Of a DNA stretch of 64,000 nt, positions 40,782 through 51,351 are shown one piece after another. Each line of letters starts with the position of its first letter. Within the stretch, counting starts at the first letter, position 1. The notes beneath the pieces are model-generated. The model had not been told where the DNA came from. It saw nothing but the letters and a program-made list of their open reading frames with translations, and ran no database searches. The position numbers and the translations under genes are program-made. Source of the DNA: Candidatus Nomurabacteria bacterium (GTDB lineage: Bacteria > Patescibacteriota > Minisyncoccia > Phycocordibacterales > UBA9973); contig JAPLXS010000012.1 of NCBI GenBank assembly GCA_026395965.1, forward strand, positions 36,116 through 100,115. The letters are read 5' to 3'.

Positions 40782-41754
40782 AATCCCCCTCTTCCACTTC
40801 ACCTACTACACCAGATGAAAGAGCTTCAATAATCTTATTTATATTCCCTTCCATGATTCCTGGAATATTTGACCAAGATTGTTTAATACGATGGTCTGTA
40901 ACTCTATCTTGTGGAAAGTTGTATGTACGGATTTTTTCACTTCTATCGTTTGTACCAATCTGAGCTTTGCGATCTCCTGAATATTTTTTTGCATCTTCTT
41001 CATCTTTAATCATTTGAAGTTTTGAAGTCAGCATCATCATAGCTTTTTCTCTGTTGCCTAGCTGTGTTCTTTCTGTTGTACAACGCACATCCTCACCTGT
41101 TGGTTTGTGTATTAGTCTTACTGCTGTTTCTACCTTGTTAACATTTTGACCACCAGCACCACCAGAACGAGAATATTCTATTTCAATATCACCTGGATTT
41201 ATTACTATAGTAGTTTTTTTCTTGAGCGGAAGAACTGCAACAGAAGCAGTGGAAGTATGAATACGTCCATTTTTTTCAGTTGCCGGAATTCTTTGTACTC
41301 TATGAACTCCAGTTTCGTAGCGTAAAAGTTTATATACATCTTTTCCGCGTACTTCTATGGAAGCTTCTTTGTACCCACCAGCACTACTTAGAGATTCATT
41401 TAAAATCTTCCAATTCCATTTATTTATTTCAGAAAATCTTTCATACATGTGAGCGAGCTCCCATGCGAAAAGAGAAGCTTCATCTCCACCTGCTCCTGCA
41501 CGAACTTCAAGAATTATTTCATTTGGAAATTCTTCCTCTTCTTGTTCTCTTTTTGCCATTTCATCTAGTTGTCTTTCTATCGCATCTTTTTGAAATTTAA
41601 TATTTAAAATTTCTTCATCAGCTAAATCACGAAGACTCACATCTTCTTTTACCATTTCATTTACTTTTTCTTCTTCATTCAAAAGACGCTCGTACTCAAG
41701 GGCAAAGTAACTAGTTTTATGGTCTTTCTTTAATTGTTCTAAATCAAATTTCAT
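40780..41754 (-). CDS. prfA: Peptide chain release factor 1
   Basis: [14 protein letters not shown] (PxT), [15 protein letters not shown]. Confidence 0.95.
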   Translation of the reverse strand: MKFDLEQLKKDHKTSYFALEYERLLNEEEKVNEMVKEDVSLRDLADEEILNIKFQKDAIERQLDEMAKREQEEEEFPNEIILEVRAGAGGDEASLFAWELAHMYERFSEINKWNWKILNESLSSAGGYKEASIEVRGKDVYKLLRYETGVHRVQRIPATEKNGRIHTSTASVAVLPLKKKTTIVINPGDIEIEYSRSGGAGGQNVNKVETAVRLIHKPTGEDVRCTTERTQLGNREKAMMMLTSKLQMIKDEEDAKKYSGDRKAQIGTNDRSEKIRTYNFPQDRVTDHRIKQSWSNIPGIMEGNINKIIEALSSGVVGEVEEGD

Positions 41755-41791
41755 GTTTAAAAATTATATCATATTTAAGTTAATATAAGGG

Positions 41792-41936
41792 TAAAGGTTT
41801 GAAATAGTCTTTCCAGAGGGGCTTGTGAGCGCGTCGGCGCGAACACTGAACGAATTTCTACCAAGAAATTGTGATTCAGTAGAATCACCCCCCCCCCTGG
41901 GTTGTACCCTCTGGGGAGAGCTATTTAAAACCTTTA
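41792..41936. ncRNA. Unidentified GC-rich structured element
   Basis: Long closing stem TAAAGGTTTgAAATAG-TCTTTCCAGAGGG / CCCTCTGGGGAGA-CTATTTaAAACCTTTA with internal hairpins. Confidence 0.45.
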
Positions 41937-42038
41937 GTAAGGTAATATTTCTAGATAATACTTACATAAATATCAAGTAAAAAGCAAAAAAAATAAAAAG
42001 CTCCAGAGAATAGAGCTTTTTATCTTTTTTTGTATAAG

Positions 42039-42260
42039 TTACTTCTTTGTTTTTGCTGATGATGCGGCTGCGCGCTTCTTAAAGCGGTCAACACGTCCTG
42101 CAGTATCTAGAACTTTTTCATTACCTGTATAAAATGGATGACACTGACTACAAATTTCAACATTTATCTTTTCCATAGTAGAACCTACTGGAAAAGTAAC
42201 TCCACATGCACAAGTGACTTCTGATTTATTACTATATTTTGGATGTATATCTTTTTTCAT
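42039..42260 (-). CDS. rpmE: 50S ribosomal protein L31 (Zn-binding type)
   Basis: [29 protein letters not shown]. Confidence 0.97.
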   Translation of the reverse strand: MKKDIHPKYSNKSEVTCACGVTFPVGSTMEKINVEICSQCHPFYTGNEKVLDTAGRVDRFKKRAAASSAKTKK

Positions 42261-42287
42261 ATGTTATGTGATATTATCACGATTTTG

Positions 42288-43658
42288 TTAATCTTGCAAT
42301 AGGTCTATATTATTTTGAATATTTTTAGCACGTGCCATAACCTGGTCCCCGTAGAAGCTATTTGCTGGTTTTTTGGAATCACATGATCTTCCAGAATAAT
42401 ATTTGCAGGCAGCATTTCTCTCATTTGTATAGCTATTATTGCCTGCTCCTAAGTCTGTTAAGTATATAGATGATGCCATAAATGCGTCTTTTGGAGACCA
42501 TGGATCAGCAGCTTTTACTCCCAAAGCTTGAGCAATTCTATTTTTGAGCAGTTGCCATGTAGAAGGAATAAATTGTGATGGTCCCATCGCTCCTCCGTAA
42601 CCCGAACTACCAAATGGACATGAAATCAATGTTTTGTAGGGATCACGGCCGACCATAGATGTTATTTCAATAAATGGTTTTATATCACGAGTAGGCTTCA
42701 TTACATTTGAGAAAATTTTACCCTTTGAACTTACTCCTGCTCCAGTATCCATATTTGTCACATAACAAGAACCTTGGTTGGCTCCTAGATTACTTTCTTG
42801 AGTAAGAATAGACAAAAGGAAAGCTGGACGTATACCAGTTTGCTTCGATGCAAAGTTTGCAAACTCGAGAGCTTTTGAGAATGGGATAGCAGAAGTATCA
42901 CGAAGACTAAATAAAGCAGCGAGAATCTCACTTTTTCTTTTTGCTTTTTCTGCAAGAACTTTTGAATATTCTAATTCTTTATTTTTACTGATTGAAAGAA
43001 GTTGTTGTTTTTGAACTTCATTTAATTCAACCTGTGCCTTTGCATTTTCAAGTTCTACTTTTGTATCAATTTCTTGATTCTTCTTATTTTCTAAGTTCTT
43101 TTTTTCTGATTCAGTTAATACTCTTACACCACGAATCTCATCTACAGAATTTTTGATACTTTGTTTTATTGAAGCAAAAGTATCTATGTCACTATATGCA
43201 TCAGAAATACTATCTTGTGACAATATTAATGAAATAATAGATTTGTCATCTATCTCTCTTTCTTTTCTTATAAGTTGAGCCAGGGATTCTTTTTCACTGT
43301 CTATCTTGGTAGATAAGGCTTCTATTTTTTTATTTTTTGTATTTATCTCACCTCCCAATTTTTGAATCAATAAATTTTTGGCTTTTATATTTAACTTTGA
43401 TTTTAAAATTTGTGTTTTAAGTATAGAAATATCCCTATCGATAGAAACGGATTTACCTTTTTGTCCTTCCAATTCTTTTTGTTTGGCAGCAATTTCTTGT
43501 TCTAGGTTTGCTAATTCGGATTCAAGTCTAGCTTTGTCAGCTTGGGCATTTTCTAGTACTACATCAGCTTTAATTACAGGAACATGGTATACCATAGAAC
43601 CAATAATAAATATCATAATTAGCACAAACGAAAAACGTTTTTTGAAATAAAAACTCAT
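42288..43658 (-). CDS. Coiled-coil protein with C-terminal lytic transglycosylase domain
   Basis: Signal peptide, long coiled coil, QES...GGAMGPSQFIPSTW...DPW. Confidence 0.82.
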   Translation of the reverse strand: MSFYFKKRFSFVLIMIFIIGSMVYHVPVIKADVVLENAQADKARLESELANLEQEIAAKQKELEGQKGKSVSIDRDISILKTQILKSKLNIKAKNLLIQKLGGEINTKNKKIEALSTKIDSEKESLAQLIRKEREIDDKSIISLILSQDSISDAYSDIDTFASIKQSIKNSVDEIRGVRVLTESEKKNLENKKNQEIDTKVELENAKAQVELNEVQKQQLLSISKNKELEYSKVLAEKAKRKSEILAALFSLRDTSAIPFSKALEFANFASKQTGIRPAFLLSILTQESNLGANQGSCYVTNMDTGAGVSSKGKIFSNVMKPTRDIKPFIEITSMVGRDPYKTLISCPFGSSGYGGAMGPSQFIPSTWQLLKNRIAQALGVKAADPWSPKDAFMASSIYLTDLGAGNNSYTNERNAACKYYSGRSCDSKKPANSFYGDQVMARAKNIQNNIDLLQD

Positions 43659-43740
43659 GTATGTAAGTATATCATAAAAATCCCCAAGGAGTAGTACTCA
43701 TTGGGGATTTTTATTTATAAAATAAAAATATTATTTATTT

Positions 43741-44391
43741 TTAAGCTACATCTTCTTCTTTCTTTCCTCTTTTTTCAACTTCGATTGAAGCTAAATCTAC
43801 AGGACCTGAATCTGCAACTTCTTCTTTTATAGTAGTTATAAGAGCTACTACTTCGTTTGCATCTGTAATCATTTTAACACCCTTTGGAAGAACTATATCT
43901 TTTATGTGAATTTGATCATCAAGTGCTACTAGTGTAGATACATTTACAGTAACATTGTGAGGTAAATCTTTTGGAAGAGCCTCTACTTCTACTTCGTGTA
44001 TAACTTTTACTAGAACACCAAGATTATTCTTTTCAGCGGGAGCAGCTCCTGTAAATTCTACAGGTATAGTTACTTCAACTTCTTTGTTCATATCAATAGC
44101 AAGAAAATCTACGTGTATAGGAAATCCTTTAACTGGATCAACTTGCATATCGTGGATAAGAACGTCTATATTTTGAACAGCTTCTTTTTTTGTAGCATCA
44201 CCTTGTAATTCAAGAACGATAGTACTTGACTCACCTGCTACCTTCAATATTTTAGTGAAGTCGATGCTCGAAACGGAAATCATAGTGTTTTCCACACGAG
44301 CGCCATAGACAACAGCTGGTACCATACCGTTAGTTCGTATAGTTGCTAGCTTATCTGTCTTACTTCGCTTTGTTGCGGTTAATTTATTCAT
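43741..44391 (-). CDS. rplY: 50S ribosomal protein L25/Ctc
   Basis: R..GMVPAVVYG, Q.DPV....HVDF, LPKDLP. Confidence 0.93.
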   Translation of the reverse strand: MNKLTATKRSKTDKLATIRTNGMVPAVVYGARVENTMISVSSIDFTKILKVAGESSTIVLELQGDATKKEAVQNIDVLIHDMQVDPVKGFPIHVDFLAIDMNKEVEVTIPVEFTGAAPAEKNNLGVLVKVIHEVEVEALPKDLPHNVTVNVSTLVALDDQIHIKDIVLPKGVKMITDANEVVALITTIKEEVADSGPVDLASIEVEKRGKKEEDVA

Positions 44392-44489
44392 AAAGGCAAT
44401 AATAACATCAAAAAAGCATATTTGCAAGTTGTAATTAAAATATAAACAACACTTATTTTTAGATAAGTGTTGTTTATATAATTTACTTT

Positions 44490-45359
44490 TTATAAATTAT
44501 TAAATAATTTTAGTCTTTCCTCTACTACCTTTTCTATTGCTTCTACTGCGGGTTTAAGTATCTTGTATGGTGCTATTTCATTTGGATTTTCATTTAGGTA
44601 TTTGACCAGAGCCTCTTTATAAGCAACACGGATTTCTGTATTTATGTGAATTACAGATATACCAGCCTTGATAGCATTTGTAAAATCTTCATCTGCGATT
44701 CCTGATCCACCATGAAGTACCAATGGTATGCCACATGTTGTACGAATTTCTTTTATTCTGTTTATATCGAGTTTTGGATTACCTCCTTTTACCATTCCGT
44801 GAATATTGCCTACTGAAGGTGCGAGCAAGTCCACACCAGTTTCTTTTACAAAAATTAAAGCATCTTCGGGTTTAGTCATTGTTGCTTCTGTTATACCTTC
44901 TGGAACTGCATCAAGAAGCTTGGAAGACTGACCGATAAACCCAAGTTCTGCTTCTATGAGAATATCTCTTCCCTCTTTTTGGTTTAATTCTTTTGCGTAG
45001 TCAACACATTTTTTTGTAAGAGCAATGTTTTCTTCAAGTGGTAATTTAACAGCATCTATAATTGCTGAATCGTAGCCGGCATCGAGTGCAGCTTTAACTG
45101 ATTCAAATGTATAATGGTGATCTGCATTTAAGAAAATAGGATAGTTATCGTTTGTACGTATTTCTTTGATAAGAGCTGCAACTTCACTTCTTCCTATAAA
45201 TTCTTCTTCTCCCTCTGATACTCCTATAATAACTGGAAGGTTTAATTTACGAGATGCATTGTAGATCCCATGAAGAGCTTCAATATTTGAAATATTGAAA
45301 TGTCCTATTGCAACACCTTTTTCTTCTGCTTCTTTTATGTATTCTCTTAAATTTTTCAT
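44490..45359 (-). CDS. fba: Class II fructose-bisphosphate aldolase
   Basis: NADH, EAELG, SVGNIHG, LVLHGGSG, INTE. Confidence 0.92.
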   Translation of the reverse strand: MKNLREYIKEAEEKGVAIGHFNISNIEALHGIYNASRKLNLPVIIGVSEGEEEFIGRSEVAALIKEIRTNDNYPIFLNADHHYTFESVKAALDAGYDSAIIDAVKLPLEENIALTKKCVDYAKELNQKEGRDILIEAELGFIGQSSKLLDAVPEGITEATMTKPEDALIFVKETGVDLLAPSVGNIHGMVKGGNPKLDINRIKEIRTTCGIPLVLHGGSGIADEDFTNAIKAGISVIHINTEIRVAYKEALVKYLNENPNEIAPYKILKPAVEAIEKVVEERLKLFNNL

Positions 45360-45395
45360 ATATAAAATTATATCACAATATGTTACAATTAGAAC

Positions 45396-46388
45396 ATGAA
45401 TAACATAGATTTTTTAGCCATTGGAGATATTGCTACTGAGCCTTTTATAAAGATTAAAGATGCTGAGGCCAATTGTGACCCCGATGGTAATAACTGTAAA
45501 CTATGCCTCAATTATGGTGGCAAAATCCCTTATGAATCAGCTACTGTATGTCATGCAGTAGGAAATAGTTCAAATGTAGCAATTGGTGCAAGTAGATTAG
45601 GGCTTAATTCATGTTTAATTTCATATATAGGTAATGATTATTCTGGAAAGAAAAATATAGAACAACTTAATTCTGAAAAAGTTAATACTGACTATATAAG
45701 TACCACTGATGGACTTGAATCAAACTATCATTATGTTCTTTGGTATGGATCTGAGCACACTATACTCGTTAAACATACAGAGTTCCCGTATTCATTTCCA
45801 AAAGACTTACCTGAACCAAAATGGATTTATTTGTCTTCGTTAGCCGAAAATTCTGTCTCTTATCATAGAGAGATAAGCCAATACCTTGATAGTCACCCAG
45901 AAGTATTTTTGGCATTTTCCCCTGGAACATTACAGATTAAATTGGGAATAGAAATATTGAAAAATATATATAAAAATACAAATGTATTTTTGTGTAATCG
46001 TAGCGAGGCACAGACTCTTTTGAAAATAAATGAAAATGATATTCCAAAATTATTAATTAAAATGCATGAACTTGGTCCAAAGATTGTAGTTATTACAGAT
46101 GGTATCAATGGTTCATATTCATATGACGGCACTGATATACTTTTTATGAAAGCTTTTCCAGATGAAAATTTTGTAGAGAGTACTGGAGCTGGAGATTCTT
46201 TTTCTGGTGCTTTTGTTGTTGCATTATTTTTAGAAAAAGATATACCCACTGCTCTTATGTGGGGTGCTGCAAATGCTAAATCAGTTGTTAAACATGTTGG
46301 ACCTCATAAGGGTTTACTCAGTAGAGATGAGATAGCAGAATATCTAAAAAATGCTCCAAAAGAGTATACTCCAGTTAAAATAAATTAG
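45396..46388 (+). CDS. PfkB-family carbohydrate kinase
   Basis: GNSSNVAIG.SRLG, ITDG..G, STGAGDSF. Confidence 0.9.
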   Translation: MNNIDFLAIGDIATEPFIKIKDAEANCDPDGNNCKLCLNYGGKIPYESATVCHAVGNSSNVAIGASRLGLNSCLISYIGNDYSGKKNIEQLNSEKVNTDYISTTDGLESNYHYVLWYGSEHTILVKHTEFPYSFPKDLPEPKWIYLSSLAENSVSYHREISQYLDSHPEVFLAFSPGTLQIKLGIEILKNIYKNTNVFLCNRSEAQTLLKINENDIPKLLIKMHELGPKIVVITDGINGSYSYDGTDILFMKAFPDENFVESTGAGDSFSGAFVVALFLEKDIPTALMWGAANAKSVVKHVGPHKGLLSRDEIAEYLKNAPKEYTPVKIN

Positions 46389-47383
46389 ATTTTTCTTTTT
46401 AATATTTTTTCAACTTTTTCTATAATATGAGATGTGTCTATTTCATAATATTTTTCAAGTTCTAGTGGTGTACCTGATTGACCAAATACATCTTTTACTC
46501 CTACAAGCTCAATAGGTACTGGATAGTTTTGAGCTAGACACTCTGCTACAGCACTCCCCATACCACCAGTTATTTGATGGTCTTCTACTGTTACTATTGC
46601 TTTAGTTTCTTTTGCTAAAGATATTATTGATTCAGTATCTAATGGTTTTATTGTGGATAGATTTAAAACTTTTACTTTTATCCCCTTTTTTTCTAATTCA
46701 TGTGCTGCAATAATAGCATTATATAAAATAGGACCTGTGGCTATTATTCCTACATGTGCTAAACCAATTTCAGGAACAAAATATAAATGCGCTTTACCTA
46801 TTTCAAAAGGAGTTTCTTCTGTTGTGATTGTCGGTGTATTGTTTCGAGCTAAGCGAATATATGTAGGATTTTTTGTATTGGAACACGCAATTGTTGCTTT
46901 CTTTGCTTCTATAGAGTCACATGGAGAAATAACAACCATGTTTGGTATTACACGTGTTATTGCAATATCTTCTAATGCCTGATGAGATCCCCCGTCAGGT
47001 CCTACAGATAATCCTGCATGTGAGCCTACTATTTTTACAGGTTGGTTATTGTAGCAAATACTTGTGCGTATTTGTTCCCAGTTTCTTCCTGGGCTAAACA
47101 TTGCATATGAAGTTATAAAAGGTATTTTGCCCATGGCAGCTATTCCACTTGCAACTGTTGCGAGATTTTGTTCAGCGACTCCAACTTCTATATATCTTTT
47201 TGGGTATCTTTCTGCAAAAAGATTAGCTTTTGTAGATTCAGAAAGATCTGCACTTAATACTACAATGTTTTCATTGTCGTATCCTGCTTGTAAAAGTCCA
47301 CTACCAAAACCATCACGAGAGGAAATCTTTTCTACATCATCGTTAAATATTTTTGTATTTATTTTTATAGATTGATTAAGCAT
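46385..47383 (-). CDS. Transketolase, C-terminal subunit
   Basis: GVAEQN, GPDGGSHQ, YIRL, VEDH...GG. Confidence 0.93.
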   Translation of the reverse strand: MLNQSIKINTKIFNDDVEKISSRDGFGSGLLQAGYDNENIVVLSADLSESTKANLFAERYPKRYIEVGVAEQNLATVASGIAAMGKIPFITSYAMFSPGRNWEQIRTSICYNNQPVKIVGSHAGLSVGPDGGSHQALEDIAITRVIPNMVVISPCDSIEAKKATIACSNTKNPTYIRLARNNTPTITTEETPFEIGKAHLYFVPEIGLAHVGIIATGPILYNAIIAAHELEKKGIKVKVLNLSTIKPLDTESIISLAKETKAIVTVEDHQITGGMGSAVAECLAQNYPVPIELVGVKDVFGQSGTPLELEKYYEIDTSHIIEKVEKILKRKI

Positions 47384-48215
47384 ATAGACTGTCTAGTTCA
47401 TTGAGAGCCATATCGGCTTCATTTATATTTGGAGCTTTTCCGTGCCATTTATAATCATTTTCCCATTCTTTTACTCCTTTTCCTGGTACAGTATTTGCTA
47501 TTATTACAGAGGGACCGCCTTTATGATTTTTGGCTTTATAAATAGCCTTGTATATTTCTTGTAGATCATTTCCGTCTACATTTTGAGAAAACCAACCAAA
47601 TGATTTGTATTTTTCACTCATATCACCAAGTGGCATAATTTGTTCTGTATTTCCACTTATTTGAATATTATTTCTATCAACTATAACGATGAGATTTGAA
47701 AGTTTTTCTTTGGATGCGAGCATTACAGCTTCCCATGTATTTCCTTCGTCGTGTTCACCATCAGAAAGTAATGCGTATATAGTTTTATCTCCAGCATATA
47801 TGCGATCTGCAATAGCCATACCTACTGCTTGAGATAGACCTAGACCAAGTGGTCCTGATGAATTTTCAACCCATGGCATAAACTCACGATGAGGATGTCC
47901 TTGTAATCTAGAACCAAACTTACGTAATGTTTCGAGTTCTTCCAAGGGGAAATATCCAGCATGAGCCATAGATGCATATAGTACAGGACAAATATGCCCA
48001 TTTGATAGCACTAGTCTATCTCTGCCTTCCCATAGAGGGTTTTTGGGGTCGTGTCTGAGTACATGAAAATAAAGTAATGCAAAAATATCAGCCATACCGA
48101 GAGCACCTGCTGGGTGACCTGAACCTGCCTTAAAAAGCATCTCAATAATACTCTTGCGAATTTTATTTGCGATTATTTTTAACTCTTTTATTTTTTCATC
48201 ATTTAAAGTATCCAT
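47376..48215 (-). CDS. Transketolase, N-terminal subunit
   Basis: GSGHP, RDRLVLSNGH, LQGHP, DGE..EG..WEA, WHG. Confidence 0.93.
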   Translation of the reverse strand: MDTLNDEKIKELKIIANKIRKSIIEMLFKAGSGHPAGALGMADIFALLYFHVLRHDPKNPLWEGRDRLVLSNGHICPVLYASMAHAGYFPLEELETLRKFGSRLQGHPHREFMPWVENSSGPLGLGLSQAVGMAIADRIYAGDKTIYALLSDGEHDEGNTWEAVMLASKEKLSNLIVIVDRNNIQISGNTEQIMPLGDMSEKYKSFGWFSQNVDGNDLQEIYKAIYKAKNHKGGPSVIIANTVPGKGVKEWENDYKWHGKAPNINEADMALNELDSLYA

Positions 48216-48238
48216 CTATATTTATTTTAACAAAATAA

Positions 48239-48925
48239 TTACAAACTCTCAAAATATCTGTATGTTTCTCTGATATCAAAACTCTGAAGTAATGCTGAAC
48301 CGATCACCAATCTATCTGCTCCTGCTTCAATAAGTAGAGGTGCTGTGTTTTCATTGACTGAACCATCTACACTTATTTTTAGTTCAGGGTATTTATTTTT
48401 TAAATTTTTAATTTGCTCCAATGCTTTTTCATCAAATGGTTCACCTTGGAATCCTATTTTTTCAATCCCCATACATTGTACAAAATCGATATGATTTATA
48501 AATGGGTCTAATTTATTTATATCTGTAGTTGTGTTTATTGCTAGTCCAATACTAATATTATCTTTAAAATATGGGTCTAGGGATTCTAAAAATTCTTTAA
48601 AATCTGTTTCTGTTTCAGCTTCTAAATGAAATACAATTTTCTTTGCACCAAGACGCGCAAAGAAATCAAATTGCTTATGTGCATTTAAAACCATAAGATC
48701 AAACTCAAAATCCAAACTATTCCAATATGGAAGTCCGTCTTCTTCGTCGAGAACTCTTTCAATACTAGATTTGTCGCCTTGCTGCATAGGCCATGATATA
48801 GATGATACAAATTTACCATCACAAATATCTATTTGAACCATATTTGTTATATTTACAAATTTAGCCAATTTCTCATCTAATTCACTGAAACTATCTACTA
48901 GTATAGCTGGTGTTATTTCTGTCAT
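48239..48925 (-). CDS. rpe: Ribulose-phosphate 3-epimerase
   Basis: PAIL, IDICDGKFV, GFQG, SVDG.V, LVIGSA. Confidence 0.85.
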   Translation of the reverse strand: MTEITPAILVDSFSELDEKLAKFVNITNMVQIDICDGKFVSSISWPMQQGDKSSIERVLDEEDGLPYWNSLDFEFDLMVLNAHKQFDFFARLGAKKIVFHLEAETETDFKEFLESLDPYFKDNISIGLAINTTTDINKLDPFINHIDFVQCMGIEKIGFQGEPFDEKALEQIKNLKNKYPELKISVDGSVNENTAPLLIEAGADRLVIGSALLQSFDIRETYRYFESL

Positions 48926-48928
48926 ATA

Positions 48929-49369
48929 TTAATTTGATTCTAATTTATTAATTCTTCTAACGTGACGTTCCTCATTTTTGAACTCTGTTTCAAGAAAAAG
49001 CTTAACAGCTTCTTTTGCTTCTTCTTCTTTTATAAACCTAGCCCCGAGTGAAAGAATATTTGCATCGTTGTGCTCTCTACCAAGTTTTACTATTTCTATA
49101 TTACCACCATAGTATTCTATTGCACGAATACCCTCTACTTTATTTGCAGAAATTTGTTCCCCTTCTCCACTACCACCGAGAACTATGCCTAGAGAATTTA
49201 CATCTAAAGCAACAGCTTCTGCAACTGGTTTTATAAAATCAGGATAATCGTCATTGTTGTCTAGTGAAAAAGCTCCTTTATCTTCTATTTCATATCCGAG
49301 TTCTTTTATAATTATTTTAAGTTTTTCTTTTAATTCGTAACCAGCATGGTCACTTCCTATGTATATCAT
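48929..49369 (-). CDS. rpiB: Ribose-5-phosphate isomerase B
   Basis: GSDHAG, DYPD, ANKV.GIRA, HNDAN, RHVRRI. Confidence 0.92.
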   Translation of the reverse strand: MIYIGSDHAGYELKEKLKIIIKELGYEIEDKGAFSLDNNDDYPDFIKPVAEAVALDVNSLGIVLGGSGEGEQISANKVEGIRAIEYYGGNIEIVKLGREHNDANILSLGARFIKEEEAKEAVKLFLETEFKNEERHVRRINKLESN

Positions 49370-49525
49370 ATGCTGTATATTGTAACATTTTATTTAAACA
49401 TATAGTAATAATTCGGAAATAAAAAAAGGAGGTCTATGTTAGACTTCCTTTAAATTAATTACTGTTAAGTTAAGCAATATGGATTTTCAAATTATATAAT
49501 GATGAAATACCAATAAATTTATGTG

Positions 49526-49879
49526 CTAACTTTTCAATACGCTCTTATAGTAAGCAACCGATTGATCAAATAATTGCTTATTAAATTCAAGAGACATATC
49601 AAGAAATTTTTTAGCTGAGCTTTCTATATGCCCAGCAACAATATTTGAACCACTTACTCTCATATCTTCTGCTTGTTTTTTTGAAGCAAGAAATTTTTTA
49701 AAGCAAGTTTCATTTGAATTTTCAAATAGAGCTTTTGCGTGCTCGCAAGCTTCAGCTATTACGGCTGACAAATAGTTATTATTCGCATCTTTGAATTTCT
49801 GAAGCTCAGACTCAAGGTATGCCCTGTACTCTTCTTGCCTCTGGTTATAAAATAATTGTAATTGATTAATTGTATCCAT
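49526..49879 (-). CDS. Hypothetical helical protein
   Basis: Orphan gene with own promoter and leader hairpin inserted between gap and rpiB. Confidence 0.65.
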   Translation of the reverse strand: MDTINQLQLFYNQRQEEYRAYLESELQKFKDANNNYLSAVIAEACEHAKALFENSNETCFKKFLASKKQAEDMRVSGSNIVAGHIESSAKKFLDMSLEFNKQLFDQSVAYYKSVLKS

Positions 49880-49992
49880 TTTATTAAATTTTGAAAGTTA
49901 TAAAACAAACCAAATAATTTGGTTATTTTTATAACTTTCAAAATTTCCTTTCCTTAGAAATCAATATTTTTCAAAGCAACTAACTTAAATAT

Positions 49993-50021
49993 AGTATATC
50001 ATTATTATTACTCTTTGTCAA
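49993..50021 (-). promoter_or_regulatory. Sigma70 promoter TTGACA-17-TATACT with extended -10
   Basis: Consensus match. Confidence 0.72.
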
Positions 50022-50072
50022 TAGCATATAAAAAGCCCTATTTTAGGGCTTTTTATATGCTATATACCAATA

Positions 50073-51104
50073 TTAAATAGTTTTACCTGTTTTAAGAACA
50101 TGATCTACAAGTGTATATGTATACCCCATTTCATTGTCATACCACCCCATTACTTTTACTAGATTTCCTCCTACAACACGAGTCATCTCTAGGTCAGCTA
50201 TACAAGCATGACTTTCTCCGAGGATGTCTGAAGAAACTAGATGGTCTTCAGTGATAGTAAATAGCTTTTCCCATTTAGGGTCATTTGCAGCTTTTTTTAG
50301 AATATCATTTACCTCTTCTTTTGTAGTATTTCTTTTTGAAATAAATGTAATATCTACAATAGAACCGGCTGGAACTGGTACGCGGATAGATATACCGTCA
50401 AAGAGTTCTTTGAGTTCAGGGAATGCTTCTGTGACCGCTATGGCTGCGCCAGTAGAGCTAGGAACTATATTTTGAGCTGCAGCACGCCCTTCACGAAGGT
50501 CTTTTTTGCTTGGACCGTCTACTAGGGCTTGTGATGCTGTATATCCGTGAACTGTGTTTAATATCGCTTTTTCTACACCAAGAGCAGAGTGGAGTATTCC
50601 AATGAGTGGTGAAGCTGCATTTGTAGTACAAGATGCATTTGAAGTGATATCGCATGTGCCAAATTTTTCTTCATTTATTCCTAGAAGTATAGTCTCACCT
50701 GCTACTGTGCCATCGGAACCTTTTGAAGGAGCACTAATAACTACTTTTTTAGCACCACAATCTAAGTGAAATTTTGCTTTTTCATATGCAGTGAAAAGTC
50801 CAGTACATTCTACAACAACATCTATTTCTAAAGTACCCCAAGGAAGTTTTGTTGTGTCTTTTTCTGAGATAAATTTAACAACTTTTCCATCTATAAGAAA
50901 ATCTGTTCCTGAAGTCTCTACTTTATGATTCCAGTTGCGGTATACAGTGTCGTGACGAAGTAGATACGAAAGACTTTCGATAGAACCAAGATCATTTATA
51001 GCTACAACTTCTATATCATTTCTTTCTTGTGCGATTTTCAAAAATGCACGACCTATTCTTCCAAAACCATTGATAGCAACTTTTAATTTTTTTGTATTTT
51101 CCAT
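50073..51104 (-). CDS. gap: Glyceraldehyde-3-phosphate dehydrogenase
   Basis: INGFGRIGR, SNASCTTN, PSSTGAA, WYDNE. Confidence 0.97.
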   Translation of the reverse strand: MENTKKLKVAINGFGRIGRAFLKIAQERNDIEVVAINDLGSIESLSYLLRHDTVYRNWNHKVETSGTDFLIDGKVVKFISEKDTTKLPWGTLEIDVVVECTGLFTAYEKAKFHLDCGAKKVVISAPSKGSDGTVAGETILLGINEEKFGTCDITSNASCTTNAASPLIGILHSALGVEKAILNTVHGYTASQALVDGPSKKDLREGRAAAQNIVPSSTGAAIAVTEAFPELKELFDGISIRVPVPAGSIVDITFISKRNTTKEEVNDILKKAANDPKWEKLFTITEDHLVSSDILGESHACIADLEMTRVVGGNLVKVMGWYDNEMGYTYTLVDHVLKTGKTI

Positions 51105-51125
51105 ATATTTTTATTATATAATTTA

Positions 51126-51350
51126 TTAATTTAAGTACTCAAACCTTGGACCTTTATAATTATCTGTATCAATATTTTCTTGGAACATTTCGAGTGGTCT
51201 TGCCCAAAGATCATCTATACCATTTTCATCTGTGCGGGTATAAATAACAAGTTTTTGATTCAAATCTTCACTATTACGAGCTACACCAATTACTTGGTAA
51301 ATATGTCCTTTGTAATGCTTGTATTTACCCAATTTTATTTCTTCGCTCAT
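51126..51350 (-). CDS. DUF1653-family protein
   Basis: GKYKHYKG..Y.V, LWARP..MF, PRF. Confidence 0.85.
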   Translation of the reverse strand: MSEEIKLGKYKHYKGHIYQVIGVARNSEDLNQKLVIYTRTDENGIDDLWARPLEMFQENIDTDNYKGPRFEYLN

Positions 51351-51351
51351 C

